Assembly: GCF_965283645.1 (NCBI RefSeq)
Contig: NZ_CBDIPG010000002.1
Span: 124,113-188,112, forward strand
DNA: 64,000 nt
Direction: 5' to 3'
From: Kordia sp.
GTDB lineage: Bacteria > Bacteroidota > Bacteroidia > Flavobacteriales > Flavobacteriaceae
Shown: positions 1-8,454 of the stretch, in pieces
How positions within the stretch are numbered: the stretch's first letter is position 1
Layout: the number at the start of each line of letters is the position of its first letter
The notes under the pieces: model-generated
Databases searched by the model: none
What the model was told of the DNA's origin: nothing
What the model saw: only the letters and a program-made list of their open reading frames with translations
Program-made: the position numbers and the translations under genes

Positions 1-53
1 GTTATATCAAACTTACATTAAATTAGAAATTTCTAAATCAATTCATAAGACAT

Positions 54-350
54 ATGAAACATACGAAGCTTATTATTCCACTACTCATTTTATTTTTAGC
101 TATCAGTTGTAAAAATTATTACAATGAAATGCTAGATTGGATTGATACTATTGAAATTGGATTGAACATTGAAGATGTAAAAAATATGCAACCAGATTAT
201 TTAGAAATAGATTGGGAAGATCCACAAAATTTTGAAAATGAAAAATGGTATTTAATTACTAAAATAAAAGGAAATAATGATGTTTTAGGAATGTCTAATT
301 TTTTAGTCTTTATTGATGACAAGTATCAAGGAAGAGAAGTGAGAAAGTAA
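54..350 (+). CDS. Small hypothetical lipoprotein
   Basis: 98 aa ORF with signal peptide and lipobox (LAISC); no family recognised. Confidence 0.7.
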   Translation: MKHTKLIIPLLILFLAISCKNYYNEMLDWIDTIEIGLNIEDVKNMQPDYLEIDWEDPQNFENEKWYLITKIKGNNDVLGMSNFLVFIDDKYQGREVRK

Positions 351-407
351 AACCATCAAGCTTTTAAAAGCAAACTGATTGAAAAATTCGCAAAATTCGT
401 AACAACA

Positions 408-457
408 TCTCGATACAATTTTTCTTCATTCTAGCACGAAAAACCACTCGATGTGAC
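408..457. repeat. REP-like short repeat fragment between convergent genes
   Basis: Ends in CTCGATGTGAC, the same YTCGA-NN-TGAC ending seen at 41696-41705 and 59879-59889. Confidence 0.3.
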
Positions 458-503
458 GCGTAGAAAAACTAAAAATCGAGAACTGAAAACTGTCAACTGA
501 AAC

Positions 504-1997
504 CTACTCCAATCCTAAAACCTTTGTAACTTCTGCTAACTGCTCATCAAACAACTCTTTCGTCAATTCCTGTTTCCAAAAAGGAACTAATTCTTTTAAT
601 AGCTTTTTTCCGTGGTCGGAATGTACTTCTTCTGGAAATGCAATTTCTAACACTTCTAGCATAATCTGAACTGCAGTAGACGCACCAGGTGAAGCGCCTA
701 ACAATGCTGTAATACTTCCGTCTTTGCTATGAACGACTTCGGTTCCGAATTGTAATTTTCCGCCTTCAAATTCATCCTTTTTGATAATTTGCACGCGTTG
801 TCCTGCAATCATTAATTCCCAATCTTCGTTTTTTGCATTTTTGACAAACTTTCGTAATGAATCCATGCGATCTTCGTGCGACATCAAAACTTGTGCTACC
901 AAATATCTTGTCAAAGGTAAATTGTGCCAAAATGCTCCAAACATTGCAGAAACGTTATCAAACTTAATCGATTTCATCAGGTCTAAATTTGAGCCTTTTT
1001 TTAAGAACTTTGGACTGAATCCTGCAAAAGGACCAAATAACAATTCACGTTTTCCGTTAATATATCGCGTATCTAAATGCGGCGTTGACATTGGCGGATC
1101 GCCAACACCAGCTTTGCTATATACTTTTCCTAAGTGTTGCTCAATGAGCGCTTCATTTTTACAAACCAACCATTCGCCACTCACTGGAAAACCACCATAG
1201 CCGTCTTTTTCGTCAATTTCAACTTTTTGTAATAACAACAAACTTCCGCCGCCAGCACCAATAAATACATGTTTTGCATCTAAATGTTGAATTTCGTTCG
1301 TTGCTGTGTTCTTCACTTTTACAGACCATTCTACCTCATCATCTGGATCAATATCCAACACATCATGGTTGCATTGTACTTTGGTGTTGTATTCAGATTC
1401 TAAAATTTCAAATAGTTTTCGGGTTAAATTGCCATAATTCACGCCAGTTCCGCGTTCAATTTTTGTAGCCGCTAGTAGTTCATCTTCGTTTCTATCATTC
1501 GCGATAAGCGGAAACCATTCCTTCATTTTAGAAATATCATTGGTAAACTCCATCGAATTAAACATAAAATGTGCTTTCAATGCTTTGAAACGTTTTTCTA
1601 AATAGGCTGTGTTTTCTTCACCAGTTACCCAACTATAATGTGGCATTTTTTGAATAAATGCGCTTGGATCGTCAATCAAATTATTTTTTACCAAATAGGA
1701 CCAAAATTGTTTCGATATTTCAAATTGCTTACAGATTTTTAATGCTTTTGTAATATCTACAGCACCATCTTCGTTTTCTGGTGTATAATTTAACTCACAC
1801 AACGCAGAATGCCCAGTTCCAGCATTATTCCAAGCGGCAGAACTTTCCAAAGCAACTGTATCCAATCGCTCTAAAATTAAAATATTCAAGTTGGGTTGTA
1901 TCAATTTTGTCAATAAAGCTAAAGAAGCACTCATAATACCGCCACCAACGCAAATAAGGTCGTAATCGGTATTTACATCAATCTTTTGTGAAGTCAT
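504..1997 (-). CDS. mqo: Malate:quinone oxidoreductase (FAD-dependent)
   Basis: GGGIMSASL FAD motif, ESSAAWNNAGTGHSALCELNYTP, LLGASPGASTAV; 497 aa. Confidence 0.95.
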   Translation of the reverse strand: MTSQKIDVNTDYDLICVGGGIMSASLALLTKLIQPNLNILILERLDTVALESSAAWNNAGTGHSALCELNYTPENEDGAVDITKALKICKQFEISKQFWSYLVKNNLIDDPSAFIQKMPHYSWVTGEENTAYLEKRFKALKAHFMFNSMEFTNDISKMKEWFPLIANDRNEDELLAATKIERGTGVNYGNLTRKLFEILESEYNTKVQCNHDVLDIDPDDEVEWSVKVKNTATNEIQHLDAKHVFIGAGGGSLLLLQKVEIDEKDGYGGFPVSGEWLVCKNEALIEQHLGKVYSKAGVGDPPMSTPHLDTRYINGKRELLFGPFAGFSPKFLKKGSNLDLMKSIKFDNVSAMFGAFWHNLPLTRYLVAQVLMSHEDRMDSLRKFVKNAKNEDWELMIAGQRVQIIKKDEFEGGKLQFGTEVVHSKDGSITALLGASPGASTAVQIMLEVLEIAFPEEVHSDHGKKLLKELVPFWKQELTKELFDEQLAEVTKVLGLE

Positions 1998-2114
1998 AAT
2001 CTATGTTTACGAAAGTAAATAAGTCACAATATACTAAGAAGCATACGCTAACGCATACTTCTATCTCCTTTAACTAACTCAAAATTTATAATTATGGTAG
2101 GTATGTAATTCTAG

Positions 2115-2354
2115 TTAACAGTTAAAAAGTGTGTTTCCACAACCTCTTGGCGTACAACTCAGCGCCGCATCTGTAAGACACGTTGCATTGGTTCCGCCAC
2201 CAGTTCCTGTTCCTCCTGTGCCACACAAAGCGGCAATTGTATAAGGTGGACAGTCTGCAGTATTTCCAGTTCCTCCTTTTACATTTTGTTTACAAAACGT
2301 AGCAACTTTTTTCTTTTTAAAATTTAATTTTGTCGTAAGATTTTTCTTTTTCAT
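2115..2354 (-). CDS. Putative RiPP/bacteriocin precursor (Bacteroidota Lys-rich leader, GG cleavage, Cys/Thr/Gly-rich core)
   Basis: Leader MKKKNLTTKLNFKKKKVA...VKGG; core with 6 Cys and many Thr. Confidence 0.75.
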   Translation of the reverse strand: MKKKNLTTKLNFKKKKVATFCKQNVKGGTGNTADCPPYTIAALCGTGGTGTGGGTNATCLTDAALSCTPRGCGNTLFNC

Positions 2355-2371
2355 GACAACTATTTTACAAA

Positions 2372-2569
2372 TTATAATTTAATAGGATTTGTTTCCGTTA
2401 CTTCACATGTACATGATTCAATTGGGCATGTACTTTGCTTTCCTAATGAATTATTAGCTGTAGTCGGATCGTCAGAAGCTCCAATTCCTCCGTATACATA
2501 TAGCAAATCTAGAGAAGCAATTTTTTTCTTTTTAAAATGTAACTTGGTATTCAGATTTTTTTTCTTCAT
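2372..2569 (-). CDS. Putative RiPP/bacteriocin precursor, paralogous leader
   Basis: Leader MKKKNLNTKLHFKKKKIA...VYGG nearly identical to neighbour; core with 3 Cys and Ser/Thr. Confidence 0.75.
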   Translation of the reverse strand: MKKKNLNTKLHFKKKKIASLDLLYVYGGIGASDDPTTANNSLGKQSTCPIESCTCEVTETNPIKL

Positions 2570-2674
2570 GATTTAGACTTTTAGAGTTAACCCTATAAAC
2601 TTACTAATAATCAATTACTTGTGAATACACAGAAACATTACTTGAACTACGTTTTTACAATAAAATTATCGTTT

Positions 2675-2690
2675 TATACCGATTGGTATA
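2675..2690. promoter_or_regulatory. Palindromic operator, likely TetR autoregulatory site
   Basis: TATACC-GATT-GGTATA 23 bp upstream of the TetR ATG; second copy at 3332. Confidence 0.75.
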
Positions 2691-2713
2691 TTTTTTACAT
2701 ATCTTTGGAACAT

Positions 2714-3310
2714 ATGATAACAAAAGCTGAAAAAACAAAAGCATTTATTATTGAAACCGTAGCACCAATTTTTAACAAAAATGGCTATGCGGCTACTAGT
2801 ATTGCTGATCTTACCAAAGCTACAGGTTTGACAAAAGGTGCCATTTACGGTAATTTTGAAAACAAAGAACAATTGGCAATTGCCGCATTTAAATTCATGG
2901 TTAAGAGTTTAATGAAGGAAATTGTTAGACACATGGACAAAAGCGAGTCACCAATTGAAAAACTTTTACTGATCTCAGATTTTTACCGCAATTATTACAT
3001 GTATACCAACAAAATGGGCGGTTGTCCTATTTTAAATATTGGCGTAGACGCGAATAATCAAAATACGTTGTTGTTACAAAAAGTGCGTACTATTATTGAG
3101 CGTATTCAAGATCAACTAGCAAGCATTATTGAAGATGGAATTGAAATTGGAGAAATCTCTACAAAAATAAATGCCATGCATACTGCCAAACGCATTGACA
3201 CGTTGATTCAAGGTGCCATTTTTATGGCATATACTATGGATGATGATTTTTACATTAAAGATAGTATGAATCAGATTGACAAAATGATTAATGAAGAATT
3301 AAGAGCTTAA
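2714..3310 (+). CDS. TetR/AcrR family transcriptional regulator
   Basis: N-terminal HTH (IFNKNGYAATSIADLTKATGLTKGAIYGNF); start moved to ATG 2714 from the ORF-track GTG 2621. Confidence 0.93.
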   Translation: MITKAEKTKAFIIETVAPIFNKNGYAATSIADLTKATGLTKGAIYGNFENKEQLAIAAFKFMVKSLMKEIVRHMDKSESPIEKLLLISDFYRNYYMYTNKMGGCPILNIGVDANNQNTLLLQKVRTIIERIQDQLASIIEDGIEIGEISTKINAMHTAKRIDTLIQGAIFMAYTMDDDFYIKDSMNQIDKMINEELRA

Positions 3311-3331
3311 GACTATTTTTTTAACTTAAAA

Positions 3332-3347
3332 TATACCAATTGGTATA
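3332..3347. promoter_or_regulatory. Second copy of the TetR-type operator
   Basis: Perfect palindrome TATACCAATTGGTATA upstream of the thioesterase. Confidence 0.75.
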
Positions 3348-3366
3348 ATAATTAAAACAATTTACA

Positions 3367-3855
3367 ATGAAACAATTACCAAAAATTTTAGAAAGTAAAA
3401 CCAAAATCCGTTTTCAAGATTGTGATCCACTAAATCATTTGAATAACAGTAAATATTTAGATTATTTAATTAACGCTAGAGAAGATCAACTTATTGAAGC
3501 GTATGATTTAGACATATTTAAAAACGCAAAAAATACAGGAATAACTTGGGTTGTTGGTTCACATCAAATCGCTTACATTCGTCCAGCATTTGTAATGGAA
3601 ACAGTGACTATTGATTCACAATTAATTCAATTTGGTAATAAACAATTACTGGTTGAAATTCGCATGTGGAACGAAGATAAAACAGTATTAAAATCTGTAA
3701 TGTGGAGTTCGTTTATTCATTTCAATATCTTAAAAGGAAAAGCGCATGAACACAATGAAAATTTCATGAAATTATTTGCAAATGCTGTACTTCCAGTTGA
3801 AGAAACTAGTTTTGATGCACGTGTTAAAAGTTTACGTTTGGCAAAAGCTTCGTGA
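3367..3855 (+). CDS. Acyl-CoA thioesterase (hotdog fold, YbgC/FadM-like)
   Basis: IRFQDCDPLNHLNNSKYLDY motif. Confidence 0.9.
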   Translation: MKQLPKILESKTKIRFQDCDPLNHLNNSKYLDYLINAREDQLIEAYDLDIFKNAKNTGITWVVGSHQIAYIRPAFVMETVTIDSQLIQFGNKQLLVEIRMWNEDKTVLKSVMWSSFIHFNILKGKAHEHNENFMKLFANAVLPVEETSFDARVKSLRLAKAS

Positions 3856-3887
3856 TAATTATCACATTTCAACGATTATATTTTAAA

Positions 3888-3895
3888 TATATTTG
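3888..3895 (+). promoter_or_regulatory. Bacteroidota -7 promoter box for deoC-deoD
   Basis: TATATTTG matches TAnnTTTG. Confidence 0.55.
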
Positions 3896-3975
3896 ACCTA
3901 AATATGATATATTGGTTTTTAGAGTTCCTACACTGCGGAAAAATAAAAACCAACTAACGTTATTTAATATATACA

Positions 3976-4641
3976 ATGAAAATTAATCGATATATAGATC
4001 ACACCTTACTAAAACCAACGGCAACACTAAACGACATTGAACAACTTTGCAATGAAGCTATTACACATAATTTCTTTTCAGTTTGTGTACATAGTTGTCA
4101 TATAGTATTTGCAAAAAAATGTTTACAACATACTACTTCCGTTCACGTGTGTAGTGTTATTGGTTTTCCGCTTGGCGCGATGAGTACCAACGCTAAAGTA
4201 GCTGAGTTAACACAAGCAAAAGAAGATGGCGCAGACGAATTTGACATGGTGATGAATATTGGTTGGCTAAAATCGGGAAAGGATGAATTAATCTTAGAAG
4301 AAATCAAACAACTAAAATTAGCGGCTGGAAACAAGGTTTTGAAAGTAATTATTGAAACATGTTATCTTACCCATGAAGAAAAAGCAAAAGCTTCTGAACT
4401 CGCAGTAAAAGCTGGAGCTGATTTTGTAAAAACCTCAACCGGATTTGGTTCAGGTGGCGCGACATTAGAAGATATTGCCATCATGAAAAATGCAGTAAAC
4501 GGAAAAGCAAAATTGAAAGCTTCTGGCGGTATTCGCGATTATGAAACGGCTCAGCAGTATATTGACGTTGGCGTTTCGCGTTTGGGAACTTCTAACGGAA
4601 TTGCTATCATTACAGGAACAGCATCAAAAAACACCTATTAA
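3976..4641 (+). CDS. deoC: Deoxyribose-phosphate aldolase
   Basis: [30 protein letters not shown] motifs. Confidence 0.96.
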   Translation: MKINRYIDHTLLKPTATLNDIEQLCNEAITHNFFSVCVHSCHIVFAKKCLQHTTSVHVCSVIGFPLGAMSTNAKVAELTQAKEDGADEFDMVMNIGWLKSGKDELILEEIKQLKLAAGNKVLKVIIETCYLTHEEKAKASELAVKAGADFVKTSTGFGSGGATLEDIAIMKNAVNGKAKLKASGGIRDYETAQQYIDVGVSRLGTSNGIAIITGTASKNTY

Positions 4642-4642
4642 C

Positions 4643-5341
4643 ATGAGTATACACATCAACGCAAGAAAAGGCGAAATTGCACCAACGGTTTTATTGCCTG
4701 GCGATCCAATACGTGCCAAATGGATTGCAGAAACTTATTTTGAAAACCCAACGTTATACAACGACATTCGTGGAATGTTTGGCTATACAGGAACGTACAA
4801 AGGAAAACCTATTTCAGTACAAGGTACTGGTATGGGCGCGCCTTCTATTAGTATTTACGCGCATGAATTGATCAACGAATACGATGTGCAAAAATTAATC
4901 AGAGTTGGAAGCGCTGGTTCGTATCAAAAAGATGTAAACATTCGGGATATTGTGGTGGCAATGTCGTCTTCATCAAACAGTAGTATGAACGATTTACCAT
5001 TTCATGGAGAAACGTTTGCACCTACAGCAAATGCCGAATTATTCTTAAAAGCCATCAATGTTGCCAACGAAAAAAACATTCCTGTAAAAGCTGGAAATAT
5101 TTTAACAAGTGATATTTTTTATCAAGAAGATCCTGATTATTATAAAAAATGGGCAAATTATGGCGTTTTATGTGTAGAAATGGAAACAGCATCTTTATAT
5201 ACACTAGCCGCACGATTTAATGTAAAAGCACTATCTTTATTAACAATTTCTGATAGTTTGGTGACCCATGAAACAACAACTTCGGAAGAACGTGCACAAA
5301 CTTTTAAAGAAATGATTGAAATTGCACTCGCAATTATTTAA
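4643..5341 (+). CDS. deoD: Purine nucleoside phosphorylase, DeoD type
   Basis: [33 protein letters not shown]; start at ATG 4643. Confidence 0.95.
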   Translation: MSIHINARKGEIAPTVLLPGDPIRAKWIAETYFENPTLYNDIRGMFGYTGTYKGKPISVQGTGMGAPSISIYAHELINEYDVQKLIRVGSAGSYQKDVNIRDIVVAMSSSSNSSMNDLPFHGETFAPTANAELFLKAINVANEKNIPVKAGNILTSDIFYQEDPDYYKKWANYGVLCVEMETASLYTLAARFNVKALSLLTISDSLVTHETTTSEERAQTFKEMIEIALAII

Positions 5342-5352
5342 ACAAAAAACGA

Positions 5353-5889
5353 ATGAAAAAAAACATTTTACTTCTATTAAGTCTATTCTTAGTAATGAAT
5401 TGCTTCGCGCAAGAATCAAAAGAAAAAAATACTAAATCAAGTGCTGTAGCGGCGAAAACTTCTGTGTATTACTTAATCCGTCATGCTGAGAAAGATCGTA
5501 GTGACAAATCAAACAAAGATCCTAAATTAACCAAAAAAGGTAATGATAGAGCCGCCTATTGGGCAGAAGTATTCAAAAATGTAAAGTTTGATGCTGTCTA
5601 TTCTACAAACTACAACAGAACATTAGAAACGGCAATGCCAATAGCAAAAGCGAATGAATTGGAAATTATTTCATACCATCCTTTTAAGATTAAAATGAAT
5701 AAGTTTTTAAAAGAAACCAAGGGAAAAACTGTTTTAATTGTTGGACATAGTAACACAACTCCTTCATTTGCAAATAAGCTCTTAAACAAAGAAATGTTTG
5801 AATCAATTGAGGACGATAACAACGGAAATGTATATATCGTAACTGTTACTGGCAATGTAAAAACTGTACAGTTATTGACCATTAATTAA
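5353..5889 (+). CDS. Secreted histidine phosphatase superfamily protein
   Basis: Signal peptide; LIRHAEK, RTLETA, IVGHSNT motifs. Confidence 0.88.
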   Translation: MKKNILLLLSLFLVMNCFAQESKEKNTKSSAVAAKTSVYYLIRHAEKDRSDKSNKDPKLTKKGNDRAAYWAEVFKNVKFDAVYSTNYNRTLETAMPIAKANELEIISYHPFKIKMNKFLKETKGKTVLIVGHSNTTPSFANKLLNKEMFESIEDDNNGNVYIVTVTGNVKTVQLLTIN

Positions 5890-5997
5890 ACTTTACCGAA
5901 AAAATAAATATACGAAAAGATTAATGTTGGCAAAACTAGCATTGATCTTTTTTTAGCTTAAAAAGGTAAAATACAGTACAAATTATAGTGGAATCCC

Positions 5998-6005
5998 TAT
6001 ATTTG
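5998..6005 (+). promoter_or_regulatory. -7 promoter box for smpB
   Basis: TATATTTG 9 bp upstream of ATG 6015. Confidence 0.65.
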
Positions 6006-6014
6006 CGCTCATTT

Positions 6015-6473
6015 ATGCAAAAAAATATCAACATACAAAACAAGAAGGCGCGCTTTCAATATGAAATCTTAGATAAGTATACGGCAGGAATTGTCTTAAC
6101 GGGAACTGAGATTAAATCTATTCGAATGAGCAAAGCTTCTATTGCCGAAAGTTTCTGCGAATTTAACGAGCAAGGAGAACTTTTTGTGGTGAATATGTAT
6201 ATTGAAGAATATGCTTTTGGCACGCATTACAATCACCAACCGCGAAGTACACGAAAGTTGTTGTTGAATAAAAAAGAATTGCGAAGCTTAGAAAAAAGTA
6301 TCAAAAACGCTGGATTAACCATTGTTCCGTTGCGTTTATTCTTAAATGAAAAAGGATTGGCAAAATTATCTATTGCGCTTGCAAAAGGTAAAAAGATTCA
6401 TGACAAACGTGAAACGATGAAAGATCGTGACAACAAACGTAACCTGGATCGTATTAAGAAAAATTTCCGTTAA
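6015..6473 (+). CDS. smpB: SsrA-binding protein
   Basis: [39 protein letters not shown]; start at ATG 6015. Confidence 0.97.
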   Translation: MQKNINIQNKKARFQYEILDKYTAGIVLTGTEIKSIRMSKASIAESFCEFNEQGELFVVNMYIEEYAFGTHYNHQPRSTRKLLLNKKELRSLEKSIKNAGLTIVPLRLFLNEKGLAKLSIALAKGKKIHDKRETMKDRDNKRNLDRIKKNFR

Positions 6474-6541
6474 GTTTCTACTAGTTATTTACTGTATAAA
6501 ATCACGTCATTACGAGAATTTGTTCGCTCTAATCACATAAT

Positions 6542-6569
6542 TGTCATTCCTGCGAAGATAGGATTCCAT
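6542..6569. repeat. Degenerate REP-like hairpin
   Basis: GTCATTCCTGCGAAGATAGGATTCC is an imperfect palindrome beginning with GTCA. Confidence 0.35.
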
Positions 6570-6617
6570 TTTACTAGTAATTCACGAATTACTTTGCTTG
6601 CATTACGGAAAACCGCA

Positions 6618-6648
6618 TTGTATATGTGTGCATTTTGTTTTACATTTA
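6618..6648 (+). promoter_or_regulatory. Candidate array promoter (Pc-like)
   Basis: TTG-N20-TACATTTA (one mismatch to TAnnTTTG), pointing into the cassette array. Confidence 0.4.
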
Positions 6649-6653
6649 GGGGA

Positions 6654-6742
6654 AATAACAGGAAGTTTCGATAAAAATACTTCCTGTTATTGACTAAATT
6701 TAGTATGAAAACGGGAATTCCTGTTATTCATACGTTAGCTGC
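6654..6742 (+). other. attI-like leader site of the cassette array
   Basis: TTCCTGTTATT at 6681 and 6718, inverted copy at 6654-6664, then GTTAGCT at 6734; no folded left arm, unlike the other sites. Confidence 0.5.
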
Positions 6743-6758
6743 AAGCTGAAAAAATCAA

Positions 6759-7046
6759 ATGGAACCTGAATTAAAAAAATACTTGCTCGAACAATGTCGA
6801 GATTGGATGCTTAAAGAAGAAATCAAAGTATTAAACAGATTAGGATTAACAGAACACGGAGAGACGGTTACACGAAAAAATGCTTTAGTTGAATATAAAA
6901 TGGAATTGTTTTATGGGTTTCAAGACAAAAAAGTAAATGATTTAGTTTCTTTAGAAAAAACTCTTGTGGAAGAAAGAATAGCAGAACGTATATTAAATGA
7001 TAACCCCGATATTCTGAATAATTGCTCAAATTGTGGAAAATTATGA
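6759..7046 (+). CDS. Cassette A hypothetical protein, ends in a lone CxxC
   Basis: 95 aa ORF 25 bp after the GTT site. Confidence 0.6.
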   Translation: MEPELKKYLLEQCRDWMLKEEIKVLNRLGLTEHGETVTRKNALVEYKMELFYGFQDKKVNDLVSLEKTLVEERIAERILNDNPDILNNCSNCGKL

Positions 7047-7447
7047 CTACAGAACCAAGAGGAAGATTATATCAAGATTCTGAATTTGAATTCAATGAGT
7101 TTAACGGATTAAAAATAGAAAAACTAATTGTCTGTGAAAATCCAGAGACTAAAGAGCCTATACTTATTTATATTAAAGTGGAAAATAGAAATTGGCATCA
7201 ATTCTTTTTGGACGCAGGAATAGGGTTTTGGGAAAACTGGGACGAAATTGACATTGAGGATGATTCTTATGATTTCATTGATTTTACTGACAAATTTGAT
7301 TTAAAAAACAAAGTTATTAATAGAATATTCTGTAAAAAAGATTTAAATAATAGCAGAATAATATTAGAACTGAAAAGCAACGAAAAGTTGATTTTAAAAT
7401 GCAAAGAGCCAAATATATTTGATTCTGATTGTGAATTAATAATGTAA
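7043..7447 (+). CDS. Cassette A second hypothetical protein
   Basis: ATG 7043 overlaps the upstream TGA (ATGA); acidic protein. Confidence 0.65.
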   Translation: MTTEPRGRLYQDSEFEFNEFNGLKIEKLIVCENPETKEPILIYIKVENRNWHQFFLDAGIGFWENWDEIDIEDDSYDFIDFTDKFDLKNKVINRIFCKKDLNNSRIILELKSNEKLILKCKEPNIFDSDCELIM

Positions 7448-7456
7448 AAAAGGCCA

Positions 7457-7655
7457 GCAGGTAACAAGGTATAAAAAACATAGGGCGCTTTAGGCTTATC
7501 CGAAAGATCTGTGTGTATTTGCAAAGTCACCGAATATAAAATTTGGCGTTTATGAGAAAAAAGATAAAAGCAAAATATTTATATTTGGCTTAGTACCAAC
7601 TCGAAACGTATCGCTTATTACCTGCCCTACGTTTCTTATACTAGCCGTTGTGCGT
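7457..7655 (+). repeat. attC-like site 1 (long class, about 200 bp)
   Basis: GGTAAC-AAG-GTATAA-N6-TAGGGC ... GCCCTA-N6-TTATAC-TAGCC-GTTGTGC. Confidence 0.8.
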
Positions 7656-7688
7656 CATTTAAGAACACTCGAATAAAAAAAGAAAATT

Positions 7689-7892
7689 ATGACAAATTAT
7701 ATTAACTGTGATAAACCTGAAAGTCCTTTCGGAAGAATTGAATGTAATAATTGCGGAGCGAAATATGATTTTGAATTTGACTCAATAAAAGCACCTTACA
7801 AAGAAACAGGAATTTTAAAATGTGCTTGTGGAGTTGACTTGGTAAGATGGAATAGTACGACTGAACCATATTTGGTAAGAGTTAATGAATAA
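7689..7892 (+). CDS. Cassette B small zinc-ribbon-like protein
   Basis: CNNC and CAC motifs; 67 aa; overlaps the next gene by 8 bp. Confidence 0.6.
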   Translation: MTNYINCDKPESPFGRIECNNCGAKYDFEFDSIKAPYKETGILKCACGVDLVRWNSTTEPYLVRVNE

Positions 7893-8277
7893 AACATACA
7901 AAATACATCTGAATGGAATTCTAATTGGGACTTCTGAATTAGAAAAAGCTGATGCACCAATGGGAGTTGCATTTGGACTGATTGTATTTAACCGAATTGA
8001 ATCGCCATACGAATTCTTTAAAGAATACTGTTTGAAAAACAATATTGTTATAAATACAGACGACCCAGAATTTGAATTTATCGACACTCAAGTGATATCT
8101 GGTTTAAAAGTATTTAGACAAGATGGACTGGAAATAAAAGGAGTTGCTGGAAATGCAATTACAGGAATGAAAAGAGATGGATATGAAATTTCAATTTTAG
8201 GAATCAATTATCCTTTTTACGAAGAAGAATTTCCACATCACGTAAAGGAATATGAAAATTTGTTCGGAAAAGAATAA
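7885..8277 (+). CDS. Cassette B hypothetical protein
   Basis: 130 aa ORF ending just before ACGCACAAC. Confidence 0.7.
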   Translation: MNKTYKIHLNGILIGTSELEKADAPMGVAFGLIVFNRIESPYEFFKEYCLKNNIVINTDDPEFEFIDTQVISGLKVFRQDGLEIKGVAGNAITGMKRDGYEISILGINYPFYEEEFPHHVKEYENLFGKE

Positions 8278-8283
8278 AAACGA

Positions 8284-8423
8284 ACGCACAACACCGTGTA
8301 TAATTAATTGCTTTGGTCGTTGCCTATTTGGAAAATTCCTTCGGAATTTTCTCGCGTTCGTTTTTGTTTACTAAATTAGTTGCTCAAACACGCAACTAAC
8401 CATACACATCAACGTTAGGCTTA
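8284..8423 (+). repeat. attC-like site 2 (medium class, about 140 bp)
   Basis: CACAAC-ACC-GTGTAT ... ATACAC-ATCAAC-GTTAGGC; internal hairpins GAAAATTCC/GGAATTTTC and TTAGTTGC/GCAACTAA. Confidence 0.85.
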
Positions 8424-8454
8424 ATTAGAAAAACCCGAGAGACCAATTCCATAA

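Noticed and set aside
1-350. Window begins with GTTATATC followed by a hypothetical lipoprotein, like a cassette start
   Set aside because: No complementary GATATAAC or AAC-N3-GTRTA site follows the gene, and upstream context is missing.
781-1468. Plus-strand ORFs inside mqo, and the many similar short antisense or overlapping ORFs across the window
   Set aside because: Shadow ORFs of well-supported genes with no motifs or independent signals.
2621-2713. ORF-track N-terminal extensions (also 4541, 5988, 20160, 31078, 50441, 53802)
   Set aside because: The extensions overlap operators, -7 promoter boxes or upstream genes; downstream ATGs give family-typical N-termini.
3920-3955. Purine riboswitch (GTTCCTAC resembles GTTTCTAC)
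   Set aside because: The P2/P3 three-way junction and loop-loop nucleotides are absent; kept only as a generic hairpin.
6015-6750. Prophage or island integrated at ssrA/tRNA next to smpB
   Set aside because: No tmRNA or tRNA sequence, integrase, phage gene or flanking direct repeat was found.
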